From Candidatus Multivorans sp. (lineage in GTDB: Bacteria > Acidobacteriota > Thermoanaerobaculia > Multivoradales > Multivoraceae), in NCBI GenBank assembly GCA_965247095.1, contig OZ251997.1, positions 608,001-672,000 on the forward strand: a stretch of DNA of 64,000 nt, given 5' to 3'. Under the pieces are notes generated by a model that was not told the DNA's origin, ran no database searches, and saw nothing but the letters and a program-made list of their open reading frames with translations. This document shows, piece after piece, positions 21,218 to 31,121 of this stretch. The position numbers and the translations under genes were made by a program. The number at the start of each line of letters is the position of its first letter. The first letter of the stretch is position 1.

Positions 21218-22285
21218 CTAGCCTCGGTCCGCTTGGAGCCGCGGGTCGATCACGTCTCTCAGCGTATCGCCGACGAGGTTGAAACTCAGCACGGCGAGGA
21301 AGATCGCGACGCAGGCGGGCGGAATCATGTGGCCGGCCGTGAACAGGTTCTCGTAGCCGGAGCGCAGGATCGTGCCCCAGGACGGGTCCGGCGGCTGGAC
21401 GCCGAAGCCGAGCCAGGAAAGGCCGGCCTCGATCAGGATCGACACGGCGATACCGAAGGTGACGCTGACCAGCACCGGCGCCAGGGCGTTGGGCAGCAGG
21501 TGGCGGAGCACGAGTTGCGCCGGCCGGACGCCCAGCGAGCGAGCTGCGAGCGCGTAGTCCGTCTCGCGGATGCGCAGGATCTCGCCGCGGGCGAAGCGCG
21601 CGATGCCGACCCAGCGGGTCAACCCGATCACGATCATCACGTTCTCGATGCTGGGCGGGAACCAGGCCAGGACCGCGAGGATCAGGAAGAACGGCGGGAA
21701 GCACATGACGACCTCGATGAAGCGCGAGATCACGAGGTCGGCGATGCCGCCGGCATAGCCTGCGATGCAGCCCAGCACCAGGCCGAGGATGACCGCGATG
21801 CCCATCGACAGGAAACCGACCTTCATCGACACCACGGTGCCGTGGACCATGCGCGACAACACGTCGCGCCCGGACTGATCGGTGCCCAGCCAGTGGCGCC
21901 GGGACGGCCCGGCCAGGGGCTCGGCGGCGATCTCGCGCGGGCCGTAGCGCGTCGGCGTCCACAGCGCCCAGTCGCCGCGTTCCGGGTTGAACTCGCGCTT
22001 GAAGTCGAAGGTCGCGAGGCGGTAGGGCCGTTGCTTCTGGATGATCAGTTTGCTTCCCGGCACCTGGTGGATCAGATCGATCACCGCCGGGTAGTAGAAG
22101 CTGCCGTCGAAGCGGCACAGGATCGGTTGGTCGTTGGCCAGCATCGGCGACAGGAAGGAGACCAGGAACAGCGCCGCCACCACGCACAGCCCGACCATCC
22201 CGAGTCGGTGGCTGCGGAAGCGCCGCCAGGTGATGTGCCAGTAGGAGCGCGCCACGGGCGGGTTGTTCGTCGCTTCGGCCGTCAT
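21218..22285 (-). CDS. Peptide ABC transporter permease (OppC/DppC type)
   Basis: HWLGTD..GRDVLSR, EAA-like loop ..RHLLPN, GFGVQPPDPSWG. Confidence 0.92.
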   Translation of the reverse strand: MTAEATNNPPVARSYWHITWRRFRSHRLGMVGLCVVAALFLVSFLSPMLANDQPILCRFDGSFYYPAVIDLIHQVPGSKLIIQKQRPYRLATFDFKREFNPERGDWALWTPTRYGPREIAAEPLAGPSRRHWLGTDQSGRDVLSRMVHGTVVSMKVGFLSMGIAVILGLVLGCIAGYAGGIADLVISRFIEVVMCFPPFFLILAVLAWFPPSIENVMIVIGLTRWVGIARFARGEILRIRETDYALAARSLGVRPAQLVLRHLLPNALAPVLVSVTFGIAVSILIEAGLSWLGFGVQPPDPSWGTILRSGYENLFTAGHMIPPACVAIFLAVLSFNLVGDTLRDVIDPRLQADRG

Positions 22286-22286
22286 T

Positions 22287-23267
22287 TCACTTGTCGTAGC
22301 TGATCCGGGGGTCGACCAGACCGTAGGTGAGGTCGGCGATGAAGGTGATGCCCAGCACGAGCAGGGCGGTGATGAAGTTGAGCGCCATGATCGTGGGATA
22401 GTCGCGCTGCAGCACGGACTCGAAGTACAGGCGGCCCAGCCCCGGCCAGTTGAACATGTACTCGAGGATCACGCTGCCGCTGAGCACGAACGGGAAGGTC
22501 AGGCCGATCAGGGAGATCAGGGGGATGAGGCTGTTCGTGAAGGCGTGCTTGAGCACGACGGTGCGCTCCCCGAGCCCCTTGGCGCGCGCGGTGCGGACGT
22601 AGTCCTGACGCACCACCTCGAGCAGGTTCTGGCGGATGAAACGGGAGTAGTAGGCGAGATTGCCGAAGGTGAAGCAGAAGGTGATCAGGACGTAGTGCTG
22701 CGCCAGGTCCCACATCTGGCCGAGCATCGTCATGTCGTCGTAGCCGTCGGACCGCATGCCGCGGAAGGGGAGCAGGTCCCATTTCACGCCCAGGTACAGG
22801 ATCAGCAGCATGCCGGCGACGTAGTTCGGCACCGAATAGAGCATGTAGAGGCCGGTGCTGACGGATCGGTCGAAGCCGCCGCCCTGTTTGAGCGCGCTGT
22901 AGATGCCGATCGGCGTGGAGATGATCAGGGTCAGCATGAAGGAGAGGAGCGCGACCGACAGGGTCGGCCACAGCGCCTCGCCGATCTTGGCGGACACCCT
23001 CCTTCCGTCGTGGAAGGACGACCCGAGGTCAAAGGCGGCCAGCTTGCTGACCCAGTTCCAGTACTGGACAGGAATCGGCTTGTCGAGCCCGTAGAGTTCC
23101 CGCAACTGCTGGTAGACGCGCTCCGAGACCGCGGCGTCGGCGATCTGGGAGGTCTGGAGCTGCGCCGGGTCGCCCGGAACGAGCTGGATGATGAAGAACG
23201 AGATGACCGAGATGCCGAAGAGGGTGATCAGTCCAGTTGCAAGCCTGCGGAGGATGTAGCTGAGCAA
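22287..23267 (-). CDS. Peptide ABC transporter permease (OppB/DppB type)
   Basis: YILRRL, PGDPA, QDYVRTARAKGL, FNWPGLG, RDYP, VDPRI. Confidence 0.93.
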   Translation of the reverse strand: MLSYILRRLATGLITLFGISVISFFIIQLVPGDPAQLQTSQIADAAVSERVYQQLRELYGLDKPIPVQYWNWVSKLAAFDLGSSFHDGRRVSAKIGEALWPTLSVALLSFMLTLIISTPIGIYSALKQGGGFDRSVSTGLYMLYSVPNYVAGMLLILYLGVKWDLLPFRGMRSDGYDDMTMLGQMWDLAQHYVLITFCFTFGNLAYYSRFIRQNLLEVVRQDYVRTARAKGLGERTVVLKHAFTNSLIPLISLIGLTFPFVLSGSVILEYMFNWPGLGRLYFESVLQRDYPTIMALNFITALLVLGITFIADLTYGLVDPRISYDK

Positions 23268-23308
23268 GGTCGATCTCGAAGTGTGAACGGTGCCTACAAT
23301 ACCGTCCC

Positions 23309-24700
23309 TTGAAGAGCGCGATCCCAGTCAGTGACGGCCGGCCGGTTCGGCGGGAGTTAGGTGCGGTATTGCGTCTGGCGACGCCGGTCATTGTGGTGCA
23401 GGTCGGCATGGTGTTCATGGGCGCTGTGGACACCATGATGCTCGGCCGGGTTTCCGAGACCGACCTGGCGGCCGGCTCGATCGGCAACGCGCTCAGCATT
23501 GCCGTGATCTGGTCCTTCATCGGCATTCTGCTGGCGATCGACCCGATGGCGGCGCAGGCGTTCGGCGCCGGCGACCACCGGCGAATCAGCCGCGTGCTCT
23601 GCCGGGGCGTGGGAATGGCGGTCCTGCTGTCGGCGCCGGCCACCCTGATCGTGTTGGAACTAGATCGGGTCCTGCCGCTCACGGATCAACCGCAGGCCAT
23701 CATCGAACCGGCCACCGCCTACCTTCACGGCATCGGCCCCGGCGTGATCGCCTTTCTGCTCTTCATGTGTCTGCGGCAGACGCTGCAGGCGATGAGTATC
23801 GTGCGGCCGGCCCTGATCTCGATCGCCGTCGCCAACGTGTTCAACGCGCTCGCGAACTGGGCGCTGATCTTCGGCAACCTCGGCTTCCCGGCACTCGGTG
23901 TACGGGGCTCCGCCTACGCCACGTCGGGATCCCGCTGGGTGATGCTGATTGTGATCGCGGTGTTCGGCTGGCGTCACCTGCGCCCGTACGTCGGCGGATG
24001 GCGGCTGTCCTGGTTGCGCCCGGCCGCCCTGCGGCCCTTCCTGTGGGTGGGCGTGCCGATCGCGGTTCAGGTTTCACTCGAGGTCAGTGTATTCAGTTTC
24101 GCGGCCGTCCTGATCGGCCGGTTGGGCGAGGCCGAACTGAGCGGTCACCAGGTGGCGATCAGCCTCGCCTCGATCTCCTTCATGGTTCCGCTGGGTTTCG
24201 CGGGCGCCGCCACGACCCGTGTCGGCAACGCGATCGGGCGCCGGGATCAGGTGGCCGCCCGTCGCTCGGCCCTGGTCTGCCTCTGCCTCGGCGCCGGTGT
24301 GATGACCGCCTTCGGCCTCGTCTTCTTCTCGCTGCCGCAGCTCCTGGCGCGCTTGTTCAGCGATGTCCCAGGCGTGGTCGCGGCGGCCGCCGCGCTGATC
24401 CCGATCGCCGGCCTGTTCCAGGTCGCCGATGGCCTCCAGGTGGCCGCCGCCGGTGTGCTCCGGGGAGCTGCCGACACGCGCTTTCCCGCGTTCGTCGCTC
24501 TCGTGGGCTACTGGGTGGTAGGCATGCCGGTCGGCGCCTGGCTGACCTTCGAGAGAGGGCTTGGCCCGAGCGGAGTGTGGTGGGGCCTGACCTTCGGCCT
24601 GGTCTTCGTGGCGATCTTCCTCGCGTTTCGCGTGCGCTGGCGTCTGTGGCGGTGCAGCTTGGTCCCCCTGCTGCCGGCCGACTCCGTGGACGACGAGTGA
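23309..24700 (+). CDS. MATE family efflux transporter (NorM-like)
   Basis: About 12 TM segments; VDTMMLGR, FGNLGFPALG and FQVADGLQ..GVLRG..DT. Confidence 0.9.
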   Translation: MKSAIPVSDGRPVRRELGAVLRLATPVIVVQVGMVFMGAVDTMMLGRVSETDLAAGSIGNALSIAVIWSFIGILLAIDPMAAQAFGAGDHRRISRVLCRGVGMAVLLSAPATLIVLELDRVLPLTDQPQAIIEPATAYLHGIGPGVIAFLLFMCLRQTLQAMSIVRPALISIAVANVFNALANWALIFGNLGFPALGVRGSAYATSGSRWVMLIVIAVFGWRHLRPYVGGWRLSWLRPAALRPFLWVGVPIAVQVSLEVSVFSFAAVLIGRLGEAELSGHQVAISLASISFMVPLGFAGAATTRVGNAIGRRDQVAARRSALVCLCLGAGVMTAFGLVFFSLPQLLARLFSDVPGVVAAAAALIPIAGLFQVADGLQVAAAGVLRGAADTRFPAFVALVGYWVVGMPVGAWLTFERGLGPSGVWWGLTFGLVFVAIFLAFRVRWRLWRCSLVPLLPADSVDDE

Positions 24701-24841
24701 CTGCGGCGACGCCGGACATCTCCACCTTGATCAGTGGCAAGGCGGTGGCCGCCGGTGGCCAAGCTTCACCGCGGGCCGCAGCCCGGATAGTCTCCCGCCG
24801 GCCCGGCGCGATCCTCGGGCCCCAGAGAGGTCCACTGATCC

Positions 24842-26104
<1,263 letters not shown>

Positions 26105-26125
26105 AGGCCCCGTCTGACAAGCGAT

Positions 26126-26155
26126 AGCGTCCCGGAGTGGAGATAACCGGACGCT
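26126..26155. terminator. Hairpin between convergent argG and etfA
   Basis: AGCGTCC(C)GG..CCGGACGCT stem; no U-tract. Confidence 0.35.
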
Positions 26156-26172
26156 GAACGTCCCGGATTGCC

Positions 26173-27144
26173 TCAGCCGGACAGCGCCGCCAGCTTCTCG
26201 GTCAGCAGCGGGACGACCTGCTTGTAGTCCTCGACGATGCCGAAGCTGCAGTGCTTGAAGATCGGCGCGTCGGCGTCGGTGTTGATCGCGGCGACGACCT
26301 TGCTGTCGCCCATGCCGAGGAGGTGCTGGCTGGCGCCGGAGATGGCGATCGCCAGGTAGAGCTGGGGAGCGACCTTCTTGCCGGTCTGCCCCACCTGCCA
26401 GTTCGGGGGCACCCAGCCGGCGTCGCAGGCTGCGCGTGACGCGCCCTGCTCGGCGCCGATGGTGTCGGCGAGCTTCTTGAGTTCCTGGAAGGGCTCGGGA
26501 CCGCCGAGGCCACGGCCGCCGGAGACGATGACCTGGGCGTCCTCGAGCCGGACGCCTTCCTGGGCGGCCTCTTCGCGGTCGACGATGCGGATTCGCGACG
26601 GGTCGAGGCTGAGATCGACCGAAGTCACCTCGCCTGATGACGGCTGTTCGGGCGCCGGTTCGAAGCCCCGCGCCCGCAGCCACACGACGGCCGGGCTCTT
26701 CTTGAGCCGGTAGATCGAGATCGCCTTGCCGCCGTAGGCGGTGCGCTGGGCCAGCAGGTGGTCGCCGTCCATGCGGATCGCGGCCGCGTCGGCCATCGAG
26801 CTGCCGCCCAGGCGGTGGGCGAGCCGCGGCGCGATCTCCTGGCTGTACGTGTCGTTGCTCATCAGCACGGCGACGTAGTCCCCGCCTCCGGCCTCATGGA
26901 GCTGCTGTGCTGCCTGCAACGCCTGCTCGGGCTGGTGGTCGCGCAATTCCTCGGCGTCGCCGATCAGGACGCGGTCAGCAACGGCCGCCAACGACGCAAC
27001 CGCGTCGTCCGCTGCGGGGCCGATCACCAGCACATGGAGTTCGCCGCCGACGCTTGCGGCCAGCGCGCGTCCGGCGCCGATCGCACCCTGCGCGGCGCGG
27101 TCGTAGCCGAAACTGCCAAGAACACAGACTGCAACGTTCGCCAT
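26173..27144 (-). CDS. etfA: Electron transfer flavoprotein alpha subunit
   Basis: [31 protein letters not shown]. Confidence 0.95.
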   Translation of the reverse strand: MANVAVCVLGSFGYDRAAQGAIGAGRALAASVGGELHVLVIGPAADDAVASLAAVADRVLIGDAEELRDHQPEQALQAAQQLHEAGGGDYVAVLMSNDTYSQEIAPRLAHRLGGSSMADAAAIRMDGDHLLAQRTAYGGKAISIYRLKKSPAVVWLRARGFEPAPEQPSSGEVTSVDLSLDPSRIRIVDREEAAQEGVRLEDAQVIVSGGRGLGGPEPFQELKKLADTIGAEQGASRAACDAGWVPPNWQVGQTGKKVAPQLYLAIAISGASQHLLGMGDSKVVAAINTDADAPIFKHCSFGIVEDYKQVVPLLTEKLAALSG

Positions 27145-27188
27145 CGTTCTCTCCTTCTACCCGTCTCTACCTAAGATCCCGGTCCGCG

Positions 27189-28010
27189 TCAGCCGATCGA
27201 GGCCACGACTTCGTGGATCTTCCGCGCGAGTTGACCAACCCGCTCTTCCAGGGTGTCGCCCTCGGCCAGTTCGCACTCGATTTCGTCCGCCGGCACGAAG
27301 ATCTCCTCGACCTCGAAGTTGGAGGAGCCGTTCCGGATCTCGTCGCTGTCGAGTCCGAGGTCGGCCAAGCTCAGCTTCTGGAGCGGCTTGCGGTAGGACA
27401 TCATCACGTCCCGCGTCTTCGGGATGCGCGGCACGTTGTCCTCGTTGTTCGTGATCGTGGCCACGAACGGAGGTTCGGCTTCCGCGACCTCGATGCCGAC
27501 ATCGGTCTGGCGGCGGAGCGTGACGCTGCCGTCGCCGGGACTCAGGCTCTCGACGAAGCCGAGCGCCGGCCGTCCCAGTTCCTCCGCCAGTGCGCCGCCG
27601 GTCTGCCCCGTGCCCCAGTCGCCCGATTCCCGGCCGACCAGCACCGCATCGAACGGCCCGCCGTCCTGCTCGAGGTGCAGGGTAGCGGCCGCCAGCACCT
27701 GGCCCACGGCCGCGGCGTCGGGGTTCGTGGCGCCGTCACGCACCACCAGGCACGCCTCGTCGACGGTCATCGCCATCGCCTTGCGGAGGCAGTCCTCGGC
27801 CGAGGACTCTCCGTAGCAGAGGGCGGTGATCTTGACGTCGCCTGCCGCCTCCCGGAACTGGAGCGCGGTTTCGATCGCGTTCTCGCAGAAGATGTTCGTG
27901 ACCAGGTTCGCGCCGCCGCGCTTCGCGGCCTTGGCTGCCGGGTCGATCTGGAAGTCGCGGGCCGGGAGGTCCGGGTCGAGGATCTGTTTCAGGCAGACGA
28001 GCACTCTCAT
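27189..28010 (-). CDS. etfB: Electron transfer flavoprotein beta subunit
   Basis: MRVLVCLKQILD start with GGAG RBS; G.ESGDWGTGQ; PRIP. Confidence 0.92.
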   Translation of the reverse strand: MRVLVCLKQILDPDLPARDFQIDPAAKAAKRGGANLVTNIFCENAIETALQFREAAGDVKITALCYGESSAEDCLRKAMAMTVDEACLVVRDGATNPDAAAVGQVLAAATLHLEQDGGPFDAVLVGRESGDWGTGQTGGALAEELGRPALGFVESLSPGDGSVTLRRQTDVGIEVAEAEPPFVATITNNEDNVPRIPKTRDVMMSYRKPLQKLSLADLGLDSDEIRNGSSNFEVEEIFVPADEIECELAEGDTLEERVGQLARKIHEVVASIG

Positions 28011-28063
28011 TCTCGGTTCTCCTTCGCTGTGGGCGTGGCGCCGTTGCCCATTGCCGCGTACCC

Positions 28064-28720
28064 CTATTGGTCGGGATCCTTGGCCTGCTCGGCGTTTCGA
28101 TTCAACACGGCCGAGACCGCCATCCGGGTCACTTCCGCCACCACTTCGTCCCCGTCGAGCCGCCCGTCCGCCCGGTACCAGCGCGAGATCCACAGCACCA
28201 TGCCGACCAGGCTGAAGGCGCCAACGGTGGGGTCGAGGCCCAGGACCTTGCCCTCGTCGCGCAGGGCGGCGAGCGTGTCGGCGATGAAGTCGACGTAGTC
28301 CCGCTGCCTGCCGATGATGTCGATGCGGTCGTTGGGCAGCAGCCCTTCGAGTTCGTTGACGAGGATGGTCAGCGCCGACGAGTCCTGCGTGATCAGGCGG
28401 GCGTGGCAGGCGACGATCGCGTGCAGCCGCGTTTCCGGGTCCTCGTGCCGGCGGGCCGGTTCGATGACCTGCTCGTCGAGCTGGTCCATGGCGAAGCTCA
28501 TGATCGCGAACAGCAGGTCCTGCTTGCCCTTGATGTAGTAGTAGAGCCCGGCCTTGGTCAGCCCCACGGCGGCCGCGATGTCGTTGATCGAGGTGGCGTG
28601 GTACCCCTTGCGGTGGAAGATGCGCGCCGCGTTGCGGTAGATCTCGGCCCGGCGGTCCGGGTCGCTTTCGCCGGTCGTCGTGCGACCGGTCGCGTGCAGG
28701 GGGTTGTCCAGAGCAGTCAT
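28064..28720 (-). CDS. TetR/AcrR family regulator (KstR2/PaaR-like)
   Basis: HTH region AARIFHRKGYHATSINDIAAAVGLTKAGLYYY; WISRWYRADG C-terminus. Confidence 0.92.
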   Translation of the reverse strand: MTALDNPLHATGRTTTGESDPDRRAEIYRNAARIFHRKGYHATSINDIAAAVGLTKAGLYYYIKGKQDLLFAIMSFAMDQLDEQVIEPARRHEDPETRLHAIVACHARLITQDSSALTILVNELEGLLPNDRIDIIGRQRDYVDFIADTLAALRDEGKVLGLDPTVGAFSLVGMVLWISRWYRADGRLDGDEVVAEVTRMAVSAVLNRNAEQAKDPDQ

Positions 28721-28751
28721 CGGATCTACGTTGCGAACAAGGCTACGGTGG

Positions 28752-28780
28752 AGTCTACCGACCGCCCGGTAGGTACGCAA
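28752..28780 (-). promoter_or_regulatory. Sigma70-type promoter with an overlapping TetR-type operator
   Basis: TTGCGT-N17-TAGACT on the minus strand; palindrome CTACCG-N6-CGGTAG at 28755-28772 covers the spacer. Confidence 0.7.
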
Positions 28781-28805
28781 CGGGTTGTCGTAGCGGAGTC
28801 CGTTC

Positions 28806-30875
28806 CTACGGAGCTGGTTCGGAGGTCTCGCCGACAGCGTCCCAGAGCAGTTCCGCCACGTCCTTGACCTTGACGTCGCGGTCGCCGCGCCGGGCGTTCA
28901 CGCCGTCGTCGAGCATCGTTGCGCAGAACGGGCAGCCCACCGCGACGACATCCGCTCCGGTGTCGACCGCTTCCTGGGCGCGCTCCTGGTTGACGCGCTG
29001 ATCGGACGGCTCGTCGACGAATGCCATGCCGCCGCCGCCGCCGCAGCAGAAGCTCTGGTTGCGGCTGCGCTTCATCTCGACCTGCCGGGCGCCGCCGACC
29101 TTCGCCAGCAGGTTGCGGGGCGCGTCGTACTCCCCGTTGTGGCGGCCGAGGTAGCAGGGATCGTGGAACGTGATCGTCTCGCCCGCGTTTGCCCCACCGG
29201 TTGCCGCATCGGCCCCGTTCAATCGGCCGGAGGCCAGGAGCTGATCGAGGAACTGGGTGTGGTGGTAGACCTCGTAGCTGCCGCCGAACTGCGGGTACTC
29301 GTTCTTGAACGAGTTGAAGCAGTGCGGGCAGGAGGTCACGACCTTGCGCACGCCGTAGCGATCCAGGGTCTCGACGTTGCCCTTGGCCAGCATCTCGAAC
29401 AGGAACTCGTTGCCGACGCGGCGGGCCGGGTCGCCGCTGCACGATTCCTCGCGGCCGAGGATCGCGAACTTGACGCCCGCCTGTTTCAAGAGCTTCGCGG
29501 TGGCGCGGACGGTGTTCCGGTTGCGCTCCACGAGGGCGCCGCCGCAACCGACCCACATCAGGACCTCGGCCTGGTTCGGATCGTCCATGTCGGCCATCAC
29601 GTCGATGTCGAGGCCCTCGGTCCAGTCGACCCGGCTGAACTGGGTGCCCGCGAACGGATGCTTCCGCTGTTCGAGCGAGTTCATCATGTCCATCATCCCT
29701 TCCGGGAAGTCGGCCTCTTCCATGACCAGGTGGCGCCGGGCGTCGACGATCTTGGGCAGATGCTCGATGTGGACGGGGCAGGCCTCCATGCAGGCGGCGC
29801 AGGTGGTGCAGGAGAACAGCGCCTCGGGGGAGACGGCGGTCTTCTGGTCGATGATCGGCAGCAGTTCGGCGTCGCCGTTTCCATTGCCATTGCCGCTGGC
29901 CAGAAGGCTGTCGCCGCGCTTGTGCATCAGGGCCTGCAGGTCGAGGATGATGTCGCGTGGCGACAGGCTCTTGCCGACCGCGTTCGCGGGGCAGACGTCG
30001 GTGCAGCGGCCGCACTCGGTGCAGGCGTCGAAGTCGAGCAGGTCCTTCCAGGTGAAGTCGCCGAGGTGGTTGATGCCGAACCGCTCGGCGGTCTCGAAGT
30101 CGATCGCCTTCAGGCTGCCGCCGTAGCCGTCGAGGTTGGCGGTGAAGATGTTGAGCGGCGCCGTTACGACGTGCGACATCTTGCTGAAGGGCACCCAGGC
30201 GATGAAGCCGAACGCGACAGCCAAATGAAACCACCAGATGACGACGTGACCGGTCTGCATCGCGGCGTCGCTCATGAACGGGTCCGAGGCGCGTGCGAAC
30301 AGATTGCCGACGGGCGACCAGGCGGCCCAGACATCGTCGGTGACCGCGATCCGCCAGCCCTCGACCATGAAGCCGGTGAAGGCCATGACGAAGATCGCGA
30401 CCAGGATCCGGCTCGCCTCGTCGGTGTAGACCAGCTCCGCCGGCTTCGAGACCCAGCGGCGCACCGCGGCCAGGGCGACGCCGACCAGCACGAACAGACC
30501 GAAGACATCGACAATCAGCGACTGGAAGATCAGGTAGAAGTGCCCCTTCATGAGGTGCAGGGGCGTGTCGTGGTGGATCGCCACCACGGTGGTCGCCAGG
30601 AACAGGACGATGAAGCCGGTGTAGACGAGGCTGTGGAAGAGGCCGGCGTAACGGCTGCGCAGTGTGCGGCCCTGGCCGACGGCGTTCCTGAGGAAGAGCT
30701 GGAGCCGCTCGCCCAGCCGGTCGAACCGCACCGCCGGCTGGCCGGCGCGCCAGCGGCGGATCTTGAGCCAGAAGCCCCACGCGAAGACGGCCAGGGTGGG
30801 GACCATCAGGACGTAGACCAACCACGAGTACTGGATGTTCCAGAAGACCTCGCGTGTGGCCTGGGTGGGATCCAT
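28806..30875 (-). CDS. Membrane Fe-S oxidoreductase (FadF/HdrD-like, ETF-associated)
   Basis: N-terminal TM domain; CTECGRCTDVCP and CTTCAACMEACP; CCG domains (SCPHC, HDPC, CCGGGGG, CPFC). Confidence 0.88.
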   Translation of the reverse strand: MDPTQATREVFWNIQYSWLVYVLMVPTLAVFAWGFWLKIRRWRAGQPAVRFDRLGERLQLFLRNAVGQGRTLRSRYAGLFHSLVYTGFIVLFLATTVVAIHHDTPLHLMKGHFYLIFQSLIVDVFGLFVLVGVALAAVRRWVSKPAELVYTDEASRILVAIFVMAFTGFMVEGWRIAVTDDVWAAWSPVGNLFARASDPFMSDAAMQTGHVVIWWFHLAVAFGFIAWVPFSKMSHVVTAPLNIFTANLDGYGGSLKAIDFETAERFGINHLGDFTWKDLLDFDACTECGRCTDVCPANAVGKSLSPRDIILDLQALMHKRGDSLLASGNGNGNGDAELLPIIDQKTAVSPEALFSCTTCAACMEACPVHIEHLPKIVDARRHLVMEEADFPEGMMDMMNSLEQRKHPFAGTQFSRVDWTEGLDIDVMADMDDPNQAEVLMWVGCGGALVERNRNTVRATAKLLKQAGVKFAILGREESCSGDPARRVGNEFLFEMLAKGNVETLDRYGVRKVVTSCPHCFNSFKNEYPQFGGSYEVYHHTQFLDQLLASGRLNGADAATGGANAGETITFHDPCYLGRHNGEYDAPRNLLAKVGGARQVEMKRSRNQSFCCGGGGGMAFVDEPSDQRVNQERAQEAVDTGADVVAVGCPFCATMLDDGVNARRGDRDVKVKDVAELLWDAVGETSEPAP

Positions 30876-31121
30876 GGGTGGGACTGTACCGCCGAGTCGA
30901 AGTATCCGGCAATTCCGGTCAGCGCTTTCCTCGTCTTAACCTCTTGCTCATGAATGACTTACGCCGGTCGCGGCGGGCGCACCGGATCCGGTGCGGAGGG
31001 GACGTAAACCTCTGAAACCAAAGAACTTACAAGGTCTTAGTATGGTGCTTCTCCGCAGAGTTTTCCGCAGATTCTGCGGACTTCGGTGGGGATGCGGGAC
31101 CGTTTCGGCCCCGGGTCTCAG

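Noticed and set aside
24729-24840. 9-bp inverted repeat GATCAGTGG/CCACTGATC around the argG leader, considered as an attenuator or riboswitch
   Set aside because: It is short and widely spaced, a -10-like TAGTCT (24788-93) lies between the arms, and no known riboswitch pattern is present.
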